A DNA stretch of 63,648 nt, filler included, from Alloascoidea hylecoeti (Eukaryota): the NCBI GenBank assembly GCA_001600815.1. It is 4 parts of 4 records of this genome, joined end to end, with 100 filler letters (N's around TTAATTAATTAA, not from the genome) between each part and the next. Parts side by side here need not be neighbours in the genome. Positions count along the whole stretch, not along the records: positions 1 to 18,140 come from BCKZ01000018.1; 3 more parts are not named here. One strand, 5' to 3'. Shown piece by piece: positions 1-12,299 of this stretch. The notes beneath the pieces were generated by a model that saw only the letters and a program-made list of their open reading frames with translations, was not told the origin of the DNA and ran no database searches. Numbering within the stretch: position 1 is the first letter of the stretch; the number at the start of each line of letters is the position of its first letter. A program made the position numbers and the translations under genes.

Positions 1-307
1 ATCAGTATCACCCTGTTTGAAAGAATGTGAAAATGTAATCAATAGTGGATTAGTTAAGAAGTTTGTAAAAGGTTGGGGATTGGAGAGCACCATCAAAGTT
101 TGATTGATTATGTTATGTGATAGTTTTTTATTTTTAAATTAGCGGTGTTTAGTTTGCTTTCTAGTGATTCAAATATATAAATGAATATTTTTATGGAACA
201 AACAATCACTTTATGGTGTTTATGTTGCTAAAACTTGTAAGTTTACATCACATGATTCCTATATAAGATTATTTATAGTAATGCTTTCTTCTTCATTAGC
301 AATAATA

Positions 308-1047
308 ATGTCTGAAGTTAATAAGAACCCACTTTCTTTAGAACAGCTCTCTCTAGAGGTCAATAGATTAAGAGAAGTTGTAAACAAGCAAACAACTTTG
401 TTGGGTAGCACCGGCCAAAAAGTGATGGAATTGAGTATTCGAAGTCAAAGAAACGATATCGCAAGTTTAAATTTGGGGGATAACAATAATGGCAGTCCAG
501 CAAAATCTCTCAGAAATCCAGCTCCTTCATATCAACAGCCTATTGATACTTCAGACTTTATGACTTCGGAGGATATTGTTCAGTTGGTTGGGGAATTACA
601 AGGTCAACTAGATCAAATGTAAGTGAATTTAAGAATAAACAATAAAGATGTCATAAAGTTGAATACTAATGATGATCTTATAACTGCAGCGAAAACAGAT
701 CTATATCAAGAATGACGAATGTCTTTTTAACAAACAAAACAGATGTTATTGAGCCCTTGGTTGGTGATGATGGTTATCCACCGGAAGATATGTGGCCAGC
801 AACTCTGGAAGATTACACCAATTTGTCGAATGCTAGCATATTAGCAATAGCTAAATATTATGACTTGTTACCACCAGATGAAAAGGAAGCAAACGAATTG
901 GCAAAACAATTGGATATTAAGAATCACTTAGAATCAGGTCTGATTACCGCCAAGCAAGATTATACACAAAAAGAAGTTGACGAGATTTACGACACATTAG
1001 CAAAATATCTTGGCTTAAGAGTTCGCAAAAATAAAAAACTATGGTAG
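308..1047 (+). CDS. MRP8: Mrp8-family protein, 2 exons (308-618, 690-1047)
   Basis: Intron 619-689 (GTAAGT...TACTAAT...CAG) joins ORFs 281..622 and 712..1047 in frame, giving VQLVGELQGQLDQIENRSISR, which is typical of Mrp8. An alternative ATG lies at 281. Confidence 0.85.
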
Positions 1048-1769
1048 GTCAATGATTGAGATTTTCGAAATGTGAAACAAAAAGTTATTCTTATTGTATT
1101 TTTAAAAATCTAGAATAGAAAAGAATACTTAATATGTATAATATTTAATAATGGTCTTTACATGCTCTCAATTCTTTTCAAGTAAGTGCATCCTTTCAGT
1201 AATCCCATAATAGTTTCCTTGATTTATGTTCTCAAAAATAACTCATTTAATAACAGCTTCTTAGTTAAAAGTTTATTTTTATTGAAATGATTCTTATATT
1301 AATTTGTAAGACTTTAGGTAATTTCTGGTTGGCTTTTTCAGATCAAGTGATACACCGTAGATAAACATATAAGATAGATTATTTAAGTTGTATTACTAAA
1401 TTTTAGCTATTAGATTTATATGAATTAATTTTCCTTAATAGGACCCTGGGGTATTTTTGACCTAGTTGAAATATGTTGCTTTGTCCTTCTTGTTTAAAAT
1501 ATTCGCTATTGTAGAGATAAGTTAGTACCTCCAAACACTCTTAAGCTTACTCGTCCGAGAGCGACCAACTATGATATTTGTATAATATATGGGGCAAAAT
1601 ATTCAGAGAAGACAAGGGCCATCTCAAAATAGTGGAAACTGGCTTCCTCATGGTATAGTAATAGCAAAATGTCATGTGATGTTCTCTAAATCTAGCATTT
1701 ACAAATTTGCAACACCCAACGTTTCTCCTAACCATTATTCAACTTCAAAGTCCTAGAAGAACTCTGAAA

Positions 1770-4700
1770 ATGAGTGACTCACAAACATGTAGAATATGCC
1801 ACGGTGACCCTGCAGATGACGAGCCTTTGTTTGCTCCCTGTAAATGTCGTGGCTCTATCAAGTTTGTTCATCAAGACTGCTTAACTCAATGGCTCAGGTT
1901 TTCTGGGAGAGATCCCGTTTGTGATCTATGTCATACTCCATTCAAATTTACTAAGATATATGCTCCTGATATGCCTGATAGGATTCCTATAACGGTCCTT
2001 ATATCGAGGCTGCTTGCAAGAGGCTCTCATATAACAGGATTGGCGTTTCGTGGACTCATAATTTTGGCCTTAGTTGGTTGTCAAGTCCCTTTGTTCACTG
2101 CATATCTTTCCAGAGCAATTGTATGGATCGCCAAGGGTACTTTTGATATGTCTGATCCACAAGTTTGGAAGGCTTTGGTGCTCAACTCCTCCAACTCAAC
2201 GGTACTAACTAACACTGCAGAGGCAACGGATCACTCGGAAAAATTGGTTCTTTTATCTTCTGTCTTATCGGATATGGTCTACGGTTTACTGATCCTCTTC
2301 TCTATTTGTATCACCTTATTGATAATATTTACTACTAGAGAGTGGGTCTTACAAGATGAAGCATTCTGGGCTGGAATAGCGAATATTCATGTTCTTAATG
2401 GTGTTCGAAGGCAACGAAATCATCAGTTAAATTTGAATGGTCTTGGAGCTGCTGCTGCTTTACAGGTTTTACAGGCACAGGCAGATGCTCCCCAACTACC
2501 ACAGAATAGATGGAATGCGGTAGAAAGAGGTGCAGATATTCGTGCTCGCGCAGATAGAAGGATTGCCAGACGAAGACGACCACAGAATGATGAAGATAGA
2601 CGGTGGCGTGAATTACTGGACAATGTTCGCCAACAGAATAACAATCTAGCGAATCTTGATGAGAGGCAACAAAGGGATGAACATCTCAGAATGGCTCAAA
2701 TTCAGGAGCGGTTACTTCAGGCTGATAGAGTGCAAGGATTGCAAGGCCCGAGAGTGCAAGAAGAAGGCCATCTGGATCATCGTGATGATATAGTTGAAAA
2801 CTTGGCTCAACAGATTAATGACGTTGAAAATGAAGCTCGAGATTTCCAAGTTGCTCGGAATCTTGATGATGAGCCCGTTGAACCTCTTCATTTGGGCGGT
2901 AGAGCAGAACGGATAGATGATGACGATGAGCCAATTAGACCTTTGAGACTTGTCCAAAGACACCCGGCTAATGCAGGGTTGCAAAATCCAAGAGTCGATA
3001 ATTTCCCCCAAGTGGTTGATCCTTTAAGAATAAATAGGGAAAGATTCCCAGAGGTTATGGGTGACTTACAAGACTTCATCCCAGAATTTAATGGTCAAAA
3101 TCTCCTTGATAGAGATGTGATCCCTATAGAAGTCCCACCAGCAGTTCCCGTGGCTGCTCCTCTCCCTGCCGCCCCCGCCCAAAGACCGGCAAATAATAAC
3201 AACAACAATAATAATAACAATGAAGTTGAGGATGAGGAAGGTCTTAACATTATATTTGATTTCTTGGGTGCTCGAAATGGTTCTTTCCTCGAGCCTTTAA
3301 AAGCAGCTGTGATACTTGATTTAATCATTGTTTTTATCGAGTTCTCTTTTGTTCTACTCCCTTTTTATCTTGGAAAATTTGTTTTATGGACAGCGGCTGC
3401 ATATCTAGTTGTTAGCCATAACGTATTACTCTTCTGGGGGAAATTGTTTGTTGATTCATCTTGTGTGTTACTTAGTATTGCGACTTTGAAACTTGAATAT
3501 TTCTCAGGAATGGAATTCATTAATTTCTTAATATCAGCTGGTGTGGAAGATTTCAAATCAAAACGAAAATTTCTTGCAACTTCATTATTACATCCTTTAA
3601 CAATTAATCTTCCTAATATTGATATTTATTGGTATAAAGGATTTTTAAATGATCAGAAAATTAATTCATATGATATATTCCTAGTTTTATTAGCAGGATA
3701 TGGAATAGCCTATATGTTTGGGGTATTTATTTTTAACTCACAAATGAAGAGAAGAGTATCACGATCACAAAATGGCAATGAAACTGATAATTCTTCTAGG
3801 TTTGTTATTGGAACACAAATTTTAGGATTCCTATATCAAATTGGCGCCGTTACAAAGGTTTTAACAATATTTCACATTGAATTGATTTCATTTCCAATTT
3901 ATTGTGGGATTTTATTAGATTTTTCAGTTTCGCCGATCCTTAATAGTGAGCTACATTTAACCTATTTGTGTCGAAATATCTCGATACCTGTTGCCAGAAT
4001 CTTGGTCTTGTGGGGTGTTGGAACAGGCTATATGGTTTGTTTTTCATATTTTGTGGGACTTACAAGAAAAATTTTACGGCCGGGAGTGTTGTTCTTTATT
4101 CGAGATCCAAGTGATAGAAACGCAAGGCCAGTTCATGATGCGCTTGAAAAATCCTTTTGGAGTCAAATAATCCGAATTTATTTATCTGGGGCTATTTATG
4201 GTATATTAATTGCTTTCTGTATTGGATCTGTTACTTGGGGTTTAAGATTCTTTGTTGGATCTGCTGCTGGTGTTGGAATACCATTGAAATGTTCAAGTTG
4301 GATTACATCAATATTTTATGTTAGTATATTTGGTGTTGTTTTCACAAGTTTAGCGCCACGCAAACTAATTCATGATTATTGGAATCGTGTCTTTTTTAAA
4401 ATTTGTCGACTTTTGAGATTATCTTCGTTCATGTTGAATTTTTCAAATCCTCGAGAAAGAGGAACAATTATTTATAAAAATATATTATACCGGTTAAAAG
4501 GTGTCTTACCTGATTATACTAAACCTATGTCGTTTGATGATGCAATGGCACAAACGGAAGTTGTCGCTGTTTTCGTTCCAGATGGATATTTCGTAAGAGC
4601 CCCCAATACAGACACCCCAAAGAAAGATTCAAAGGCAAAGTTGTTCATTCCTGTTACAAAGGATGATGTTGCATTATCAGAATTAGATAGACAACAGGGA

Positions 4701-5834
4701 CCCGATACCGATGCTGATGCAGAGACTGAGCCAGACATGGAAGAAATTGAAGAAGATGACGAGGGAAAAGATTATGTCATTGTCTACAAACCGCCTCACT
4801 TTTATTGGAGATTAGCGGGAATGATTTTGCTCATTTGGCTATTTAGCATTATTATTATCGGTTCTGCTACATACTGTGCTATGTTTGTTGGTACAGTTGT
4901 TCTTTCTGTCCCATTATCATTTATAAATAACAAACATCAAGAACTATTATTTGAAGATTCAACAAAATTGTTTGTTGGAAGTATCATTGTCTTAGCATTT
5001 TCTCACAAATTTGAAGAATTTGTAACTCAAATTTCTGCTCTTGGATTAACTGTCACTGAATATCTTTTAAAGAGTGAGGTTACAATTGAAAATGATGCAG
5101 AGGTCAATCATACTGGTAAAAGCATCAAAGCGTTTATTGGGTGGGTAAGATCAGGTATCGTTCGATCATTATTACCACATCTAGAGGAAATTTTAAGAAT
5201 CAACTTGTTGCTTCTTTACGTATCAGCCACACAGATTTTTAGTCTAAGTGCTTGTTGTGCATCGATTATCCTCCATATTTACAGACCATTCCAGATGATT
5301 TGGTACAACGAAGCTCCAAAGCAATTTTCAGCAATGATAGAAGATAGAGATTCATTCTTTATTTCATTTGCAATGTATATTGTGGGGACATTCCATGTTT
5401 ACAAACTTTACGTTGCCATTCGAGAACTAAATATTGCTCAAATAAATGATAATGGTAATATAATATGGGCACCCGGGAATTTATCTTTTACTGGTTATAA
5501 TAATTTAGTATTTTTCCCAATTTTTGAGAACATACTACCATGCCTGGTTATTCCATTGGCTTTGTCGAAATTTTTTATTTGGCGGGCGGTTCTATACTTT
5601 GGGCAATCGTTTACGTTTATTTCTGATACTTCTCCTACTGGATTGAAAGACCTTGAAATGATGATAGTGAGTTACTCTTTCCCTATAACACTAGCTGGAA
5701 TACTAATCGCCAAACTGATAAAATGGGTTGTATGGTGCTTTGACTACATACAAGGGGAAGTAAGAGATGAGGTTTATGCGGTTGGTCAACAACTGAATAA
5801 TCTAGAAGAGGATGAGCAGCCGGTAGTTGCTTAG
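1770..5834 (+). CDS. SSM4: ERAD E3 ubiquitin ligase Doa10/Ssm4 (MARCH6 family)
   Basis: N-terminal RING-CH (CRICHG..PCKCRGSIKFVHQDCLTQW..CDLC), LRPGVLFFIRDP TD-domain motif and many TM segments. First ATG is at 1770. Confidence 0.95.
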   Translation: MSDSQTCRICHGDPADDEPLFAPCKCRGSIKFVHQDCLTQWLRFSGRDPVCDLCHTPFKFTKIYAPDMPDRIPITVLISRLLARGSHITGLAFRGLIILALVGCQVPLFTAYLSRAIVWIAKGTFDMSDPQVWKALVLNSSNSTVLTNTAEATDHSEKLVLLSSVLSDMVYGLLILFSICITLLIIFTTREWVLQDEAFWAGIANIHVLNGVRRQRNHQLNLNGLGAAAALQVLQAQADAPQLPQNRWNAVERGADIRARADRRIARRRRPQNDEDRRWRELLDNVRQQNNNLANLDERQQRDEHLRMAQIQERLLQADRVQGLQGPRVQEEGHLDHRDDIVENLAQQINDVENEARDFQVARNLDDEPVEPLHLGGRAERIDDDDEPIRPLRLVQRHPANAGLQNPRVDNFPQVVDPLRINRERFPEVMGDLQDFIPEFNGQNLLDRDVIPIEVPPAVPVAAPLPAAPAQRPANNNNNNNNNNEVEDEEGLNIIFDFLGARNGSFLEPLKAAVILDLIIVFIEFSFVLLPFYLGKFVLWTAAAYLVVSHNVLLFWGKLFVDSSCVLLSIATLKLEYFSGMEFINFLISAGVEDFKSKRKFLATSLLHPLTINLPNIDIYWYKGFLNDQKINSYDIFLVLLAGYGIAYMFGVFIFNSQMKRRVSRSQNGNETDNSSRFVIGTQILGFLYQIGAVTKVLTIFHIELISFPIYCGILLDFSVSPILNSELHLTYLCRNISIPVARILVLWGVGTGYMVCFSYFVGLTRKILRPGVLFFIRDPSDRNARPVHDALEKSFWSQIIRIYLSGAIYGILIAFCIGSVTWGLRFFVGSAAGVGIPLKCSSWITSIFYVSIFGVVFTSLAPRKLIHDYWNRVFFKICRLLRLSSFMLNFSNPRERGTIIYKNILYRLKGVLPDYTKPMSFDDAMAQTEVVAVFVPDGYFVRAPNTDTPKKDSKAKLFIPVTKDDVALSELDRQQGPDTDADAETEPDMEEIEEDDEGKDYVIVYKPPHFYWRLAGMILLIWLFSIIIIGSATYCAMFVGTVVLSVPLSFINNKHQELLFEDSTKLFVGSIIVLAFSHKFEEFVTQISALGLTVTEYLLKSEVTIENDAEVNHTGKSIKAFIGWVRSGIVRSLLPHLEEILRINLLLLYVSATQIFSLSACCASIILHIYRPFQMIWYNEAPKQFSAMIEDRDSFFISFAMYIVGTFHVYKLYVAIRELNIAQINDNGNIIWAPGNLSFTGYNNLVFFPIFENILPCLVIPLALSKFFIWRAVLYFGQSFTFISDTSPTGLKDLEMMIVSYSFPITLAGILIAKLIKWVVWCFDYIQGEVRDEVYAVGQQLNNLEEDEQPVVA

Positions 5835-6813
5835 ATATCGATGGTCTATCTTTCACTGTTCATAAAAGATCATTGATACATGCATAATATACATCAAATA
5901 TGTATTTATTGCTCAAATTGTTTGGGTTTGTTTTATTTGTTTTTATCTATCCTCTGGGCCTCTCCTTTTTGATATCACTTTATTTAATTGTAATTGGTTG
6001 TTTAATTTTTGGCTACATGGATCTTCTCTTTTTTTTTTTCTTTTCATCATTTTGGTAGGCCTTAGATAATAACATAATAGTATACCGGTACTCATTGGCA
6101 AGTTACAATTGAGGTATCAGAGAAAGATCTTTCTTGAGTGTAGTTAGTACTAGTATTTACAGCATTATTAATTATGTATAAATTTATGAAATTCAAATTC
6201 AGAGTACTAATTGAGCTTAAGCTTTCAAGAAAACTTATATTCGTCTAAGTAATCTTATTCTCTGAAACGTATTATTATAATTTTAACAATAACAAATAAA
6301 AGAACAATTGCGAATTGAAAAATTGATACGGCAACTTTTGATTATTGTAGTTGTCCAACTCGGAATAACATACATATTAAGGTCTTAACAATTAATAACG
6401 CATTAAAATACTTTGCCAATATTATTGAAGATGTGATCGTGTTCCCATGCGTAGTCAACATTATAAAAGTAAAATTTTTCTTTAATTCATGGATTCAGTA
6501 GGTATAACGTAAGCACAAGTAAAGCGATGGTGTGTTTCAAAAAGTAATTTATACCTTTAAACAAAATAAGGGGGCTTGCAATTGAGTATTATTTTTTGTG
6601 TCTCTATTCGAATGATATGTGTGACATTATATGTTAGTTAAAATAAATTTATTAATATTAATTATGCATTGATTTTCTTCCTCCTCGAAATTGAATATTA
6701 TAACTCGGTAAGAAAAAATACCCTCTCAGTGACTATCGGATTTTCTCAATACCGACTAATATTTTGGTAATTCCTTACGACTAAGTCCTAGGCTTGCTTG
6801 AGAAAAAGAAATC

Positions 6814-7875
6814 ATGAGCGTTGTACATGTGAACTCACCCCTACATGCGTCAATCCCCAATACTAGTACAATCATTGATCATCAAAAACATCATCCGAGT
6901 GAAGAGTTAGTTACTCTCCATGAAAAGTCTTTTGATGACAAGGGCACTATGGCACCTCAGTTAGGGATGGAGAATGAAAAAGGAAGTATTTCCTTAGAGA
7001 TAGCACCCCCTCCAAACCTCACCTCTTCTGATAATATTAATATTAATGACACATATTCCAATATCGCTAAGAAACAAAAACTACCACAGCCTACAGTACA
7101 TTTAAAACGAAAAAAGGTGAAGGAGAGAGCACCACGTCAACTCAGATTGCTGTTCAAGGAATTAACTATTCCTTTAGTGTTGCACAAACAATTTAAGGTT
7201 TGTGAAACAGTAATTGATGGTAGTAATGTTCATGTTTCTGATAATGGACTTGAAGGTACAAAATCAGCATATGAAAACTCTATTTCATTTGCTGATAACT
7301 CAGACTTGAGACAAATACTGACTAGTTGGTTAAAAGAGTATAATTATCAAAGCTTTGCAAGATTTTTAATCAGTGATTATGGTTTTGTGAGAATGATCGA
7401 CCTTGGCTTTACTGAAATGGCTACGGCCGATAAGAAAACTGAAATTTATAACAATTTCATAAAATGGAATTATACTATTAACACCCGTAATGGAAAAGAA
7501 AAGGATTTAGAAACTACTCAAACTATTAGATATTTTGTTAAACCCCAAAGAGTTGTTCAATATAATGACCTGAATATAATTAAAGTTTCGTCAAAATCCA
7601 CCAGAGTTCCATTACTCTTATTCCCTAGAGCCATTGAAAGTGCATTGGAAAAGTATGGCGATATTGTTGAGAAATTTTTCCCTATTCCAGAATTGGTTCT
7701 TGAGGTCAATAAAAATAAGCCTCCTTCTTTAAATAATACTACTCCATATGAAGGAGAAGAAGATAATGCTGCATATTTCATTGTTGATATTAAAGATAAA
7801 CTTCCTCCTAAAAGCTTAAAAATTACTTCCGATAATAGAGTTTTTCATTTTCATATTGTTACTTTTTCAAAGTAG
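6814..7875 (+). CDS. 353-aa protein resembling LINE ORF1p without zinc knuckle; candidate domesticated retroelement gene
   Basis: Intact ATG-initiated ORF. Colinear by-eye similarity to the LINE ORF1 at 23367-24230 (see findings). No ORF2 downstream. Confidence 0.65.
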   Translation: MSVVHVNSPLHASIPNTSTIIDHQKHHPSEELVTLHEKSFDDKGTMAPQLGMENEKGSISLEIAPPPNLTSSDNININDTYSNIAKKQKLPQPTVHLKRKKVKERAPRQLRLLFKELTIPLVLHKQFKVCETVIDGSNVHVSDNGLEGTKSAYENSISFADNSDLRQILTSWLKEYNYQSFARFLISDYGFVRMIDLGFTEMATADKKTEIYNNFIKWNYTINTRNGKEKDLETTQTIRYFVKPQRVVQYNDLNIIKVSSKSTRVPLLLFPRAIESALEKYGDIVEKFFPIPELVLEVNKNKPPSLNNTTPYEGEEDNAAYFIVDIKDKLPPKSLKITSDNRVFHFHIVTFSK

Positions 7876-8597
7876 TCAATATTAATATAATAGCTACTAA
7901 TTAAAAGTAGAACCATCCTTTATTTTATACTGTTATTGCGTCATATATAGTTGATATGGATGCATATGAATAGTTGAATTAACGTTAAATTTTGGGACTT
8001 CCTGGAATTTTTTACCTTTTTTCTATAGTTTTTGGAAATTAATTGTTTATATTTAGTAATTTGAGATCCCATATGTATATTTTATATTAGTATTAATTAG
8101 CAATATATGTATTTGTGTGGGTATAGCTACAGTGCGTAGTTGGGCTTATTATTCAATCAACGAATGGAGCGCAGTGAAAACTATAAACTATGTGTACGGT
8201 ATAATTAGTTCAATGAGATGTTATAATACTAAAAAACTATTCTAATTTCACATCTTTTCGCATATAGCACAACTGGATATTTTAGTTCCGATCATAAATA
8301 ATTAACTTCAGGTTAACGTTAAGTGCTTATGAATGAATGTCATATATGTAGCCTTAATTACAATACTAAAAAGAGTTACGTATTTGATAATAAATAATAT
8401 GTTATAAGATAATTAACATTATAGCTAACTGTGATCATACAAAATTATAAACATCATAATAAAATTAGTTATTTAAATATTAATTTAAAAAAACAACCTC
8501 AACAAAAACATCAAAAATAAAATATAATAACCTCAAAAAGCATATACATGATCGAAAAGATAACTTTGGTAACATATATAAATACAATTGCAACCCT

Positions 8598-10265
8598 TTA
8601 TGCAACCCAGAACCAGATTTTCTCTAGCATATTTTTGGGGATTCTTTCTGGAGTAGCAGCTTCCTCAGCATCACAGATGCTCTTGCCACTTATAACATCA
8701 ATTTCTTCAACTGTTTTACACCAGCGCCAATTTTTCGTTGCGATTTTATGGCCAATATATAATACTAAAAATATCGGTAAGGTAATGTAAGCAGCTAAGA
8801 ATGAAGAAGCACTAAATGCACCAGGGAAGAAACAAGAATAACCATTCGTAATAGTGACAAGTGATATGACAAATATTGCTACATAAGTTGCATATGGTTG
8901 AAGAAGGGTTTTGAAAGTCACAGAATCTTCAAGACCATTAAATTGGATTGCTTTTCTGAATCTCAAGTAGGCAATTAAGGCACAGATCCAAGACAAAAAG
9001 CCAGAAATTGTGGAAATATTACTTAACCAAGTGAAAACTGTAGTGGCAGAATTAGACACATTTAGGTATGATAGAGCAGCAAATAATGAGCAAACTGCAA
9101 CAGAGTAATAAGGAACACCCCATTTGTTACAGATTGTAAACAATTTTGGTGCTTTTCCACGAAGAGCCAGTGAATAAACTGTCCGTGATGAAGCATATAA
9201 GAATGAATTACCAGCTGACCAAGCTGAAGTAAGAATTGCACCATTAATAATATGATTGAGGACTGGAATAGAGGCATTTTCAATACCAATTACAAAAGGA
9301 GAAGCCTCGGCTGTTGAAGTTCCTGATTGAACAGCACTCATCAATCTTGAATCACTTGAAGAAACAATGCAACCAATAACTAGGGATGAACAGACATAGA
9401 AAAAAATTAATCTATAGACAAATCTTTTTGTAGCTTTGGGAATATTTCTTCTTGGAGCTTCAGTTTCACCTGCTGCTGCTGTAATTAACTCTGGTGAGCA
9501 AATAAAAGAAAACCCAGATTTAATAAAGCATGTCCAGAAACCCAAAAACTTTCCTGTATCACCCGTCTTTATGTGTTCCTTAAAAGCACCGGGATGTTTC
9601 CAGTATCTAAAACCTAGTCTATCATGAGTTGGAGCACCCCCGAAAAATATTACTATACCCACAATTATTAAACCTGTAATACAAATAATCTTAATAGAAG
9701 CAAACCAGAACTCAGCTTCACCGTAAAATTTAACAGCCACAAGGTTTAAAGCAATTATAACAACAGAAAAAATAGTGATCCAAGCCGCTACTGGGACACT
9801 TTCAGTCCAGTATTGCACAACAAAAGCTGCTGCTGTAATTTCACTAGGAATAAGCATCCCAAAGGCATAGGCATAATTATAACCAGCAGCAAAACCCAAA
9901 GAAGTATCAACATATCTATCCACAAACCCAAAAGCAGAAACACCTGGGAGAGGCAAATATGTGGTCATTTCACCTAGACAATTCATAACCACCCATAAAA
10001 TCATAGACATGAATATATATGCCAACAAAAGACTTGCTGGACCAGAAGTAGATAGCATAGAACCAGAGCCAACGAATAAACCTGTTCCAATAGCACCACC
10101 AATGGCAATTAACTGAACATGCCTACTTTTCATACCACGAACAACTTTGACTGTCTCATTGCTTTCTAATTGTTCTTCAAGGATAGCCTCGAAATTATCT
10201 CTTTGTGGGTTTACATCGACCCTTGGGTCAAGTTTTTTCTCGTAGTCACTACTCCTGAAACTCAT
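8598..10265 (-). CDS. PUT4: Yeast amino-acid permease (YAT/APC family), proline permease-like
   Basis: RHVQLIAIGGAIGTGLFVGSG, YGEAEFWFASIK and AGETEAPRRNIPKA motifs, about 12 TM segments. Family is secure; exact orthologue is tentative. Confidence 0.88.
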   Translation of the reverse strand: MSFRSSDYEKKLDPRVDVNPQRDNFEAILEEQLESNETVKVVRGMKSRHVQLIAIGGAIGTGLFVGSGSMLSTSGPASLLLAYIFMSMILWVVMNCLGEMTTYLPLPGVSAFGFVDRYVDTSLGFAAGYNYAYAFGMLIPSEITAAAFVVQYWTESVPVAAWITIFSVVIIALNLVAVKFYGEAEFWFASIKIICITGLIIVGIVIFFGGAPTHDRLGFRYWKHPGAFKEHIKTGDTGKFLGFWTCFIKSGFSFICSPELITAAAGETEAPRRNIPKATKRFVYRLIFFYVCSSLVIGCIVSSSDSRLMSAVQSGTSTAEASPFVIGIENASIPVLNHIINGAILTSAWSAGNSFLYASSRTVYSLALRGKAPKLFTICNKWGVPYYSVAVCSLFAALSYLNVSNSATTVFTWLSNISTISGFLSWICALIAYLRFRKAIQFNGLEDSVTFKTLLQPYATYVAIFVISLVTITNGYSCFFPGAFSASSFLAAYITLPIFLVLYIGHKIATKNWRWCKTVEEIDVISGKSICDAEEAATPERIPKNMLEKIWFWVA

Positions 10266-12299
10266 CTTCAGTTTGAATTAAAAGAAGAGGAGAAATGATG
10301 CAATTCATCAGAGCATTTATATTCCCCACTGAAAAAGTTATATGACACATATAAGACATAATATATAATATTTTGAAAAATTGAGCTTATAATCAAGTGA
10401 ACGATGGGGGTAAAGCCTAATTTCTTGGAATCAATCTGCAGGGAAATATGCAAAGATATCAATCAATACATGAACAAGTACAATTATTACTGAAAAATAA
10501 CAAACGCCGTTCGCTATTTAATGCTTGGTAAGCGGGCCATATGCTCTACGTACTCACACCGATGGCCTATTTTTCCTGCAAACATACAATTACCGCGGCG
10601 CAATCCAACGTTCCGATCATCTCAAGCTCGTCCGAGTGCAAGATATATGCAACTTATAAAATCTATTCGCCATGTAGACTACAGCATCACGATTCATCAA
10701 TATCACCTAACTCGTACTTAATCTTTCCTTCTCTATTAATATTGATAATTAGATAGGCCTTTCACAGGTGTAGTACATTTCTTTGCTAGATTGTCATCTT
10801 ATCAAACTAATTTATAAGATCTTAATTTTCATGTACGGTCATTTCACTTAATTCAGGCCATGTCGGTTAATAATTATCGGCCTTCCCCATAACGTATTTT
10901 CGACCGGCATCATACCGGTATGACCTGTTAATATAAAAAACAGCATCGGGTGCCTAACTCAGCTGAAAATTAGTAATCACCATAGCGGAAATTAAGTGAA
11001 ATGACTGTAAGTGACCCATTAGTATAGTATTATAAAATGATATAATTAAGTTTAGGAATCAACGGCAGCTGCAGATCTAGATATAGCCTACATAATACAT
11101 ATGCATATGCTTATACCATTATCATAACGTGTCACACAAAAGTTCGCTAAAATATTGAGTAAATAATCGGGGGAAATTATATAATTGTTTTAGTTACCAG
11201 AAAGCACTATCATTATTTTTTCTACTAAATTCTGGATTGTTAAAATAATATTTACCATTTCCTTTTAATACTAGATCGATAGGATTCTTTTCTGTAATTC
11301 TCGTGCACGAAGATTTATAAAACGAGATATTTTCCCATTTTCCCATTTGAGATTTATTGCTAAGATATCTATTTTAACATGGAGAATGACAATGGGAGTT
11401 GATAATCATACCTAATATATTTCTCAAAAAATTCTCATTCACCTATTACCTAAAATAGTAATATTTTCCGGGATGTGTTTCTTTATAGTTTTGGTATCAA
11501 AGTATGCTTTCGTACTAGAGCTCGATTAAGAAATACAACTAACTGTTTCATTAGTAAAGCTGACATTCCGGGTTGTTGTACAACCAGGATAGATATTAGG
11601 TAGTTAAGAATTTGACATAGTTTTAATTAACTTGCTTTTATCAATATTATCAAACTGTTTTATGTTGGTACTGAGCAATTTCTACTTTCTCTTCCCACAA
11701 TTCGTGTAAAAGTAATTGCATAATCGCATTTCTAAACGAATATTAATATAACAAGAATTATTCAATAATGCTGCATGTACCCAATATATTTAACTAGATA
11801 AGCTTATATAACCGGCTTTCCCAAGTTTAGGAACTAATGATTTCTGTTAATTATTTTTGAATAGTTTTTCACTAAAGTTTATTTTACCGATAAATTGTCT
11901 TTACGTTAATAAAAGATTTTAACCTAAATGAAGAACATATAGCACCGCAATGTTAAAAGTACTGATATCGTTACATATGTATGATCGTGATATACGGGTA
12001 CATATAACCTTATACTATATTTAAATAGAAGCTAAATAAAACAATGGTAACAAAAGCTCTCTACCTGATTATTATAACTGTTAATTTTGAACCTTATAAA
12101 GAAATAAAGGAAGCTGATGAATTGAGGCTCAAGCTAAACATCAGGTCTGTTTAATAATGATATATTATAAATGTAGTTATTGGTTATACTATAGGAGGGT
12201 ACATGTTCCTTAGGGAACAGAAAATCAAGTCAAGACCTATCAAGAATTTTCTAGAAATTCGAAATAAAATTTAAAAAAGATAAAACTATGAATATTTGC

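Noticed and set aside
2390..3240. Long Gln/Arg/Asp-rich stretch and poly-Asn in Doa10
   Set aside because: A variable cytosolic loop is expected in this family. Low complexity only.
10860..10960. CGG/CCG triplets upstream of the permease as a Put3 site
   Set aside because: The pair checked is CGG-N7-CCG, not the CGG-N10-CCG Put3 spacing.
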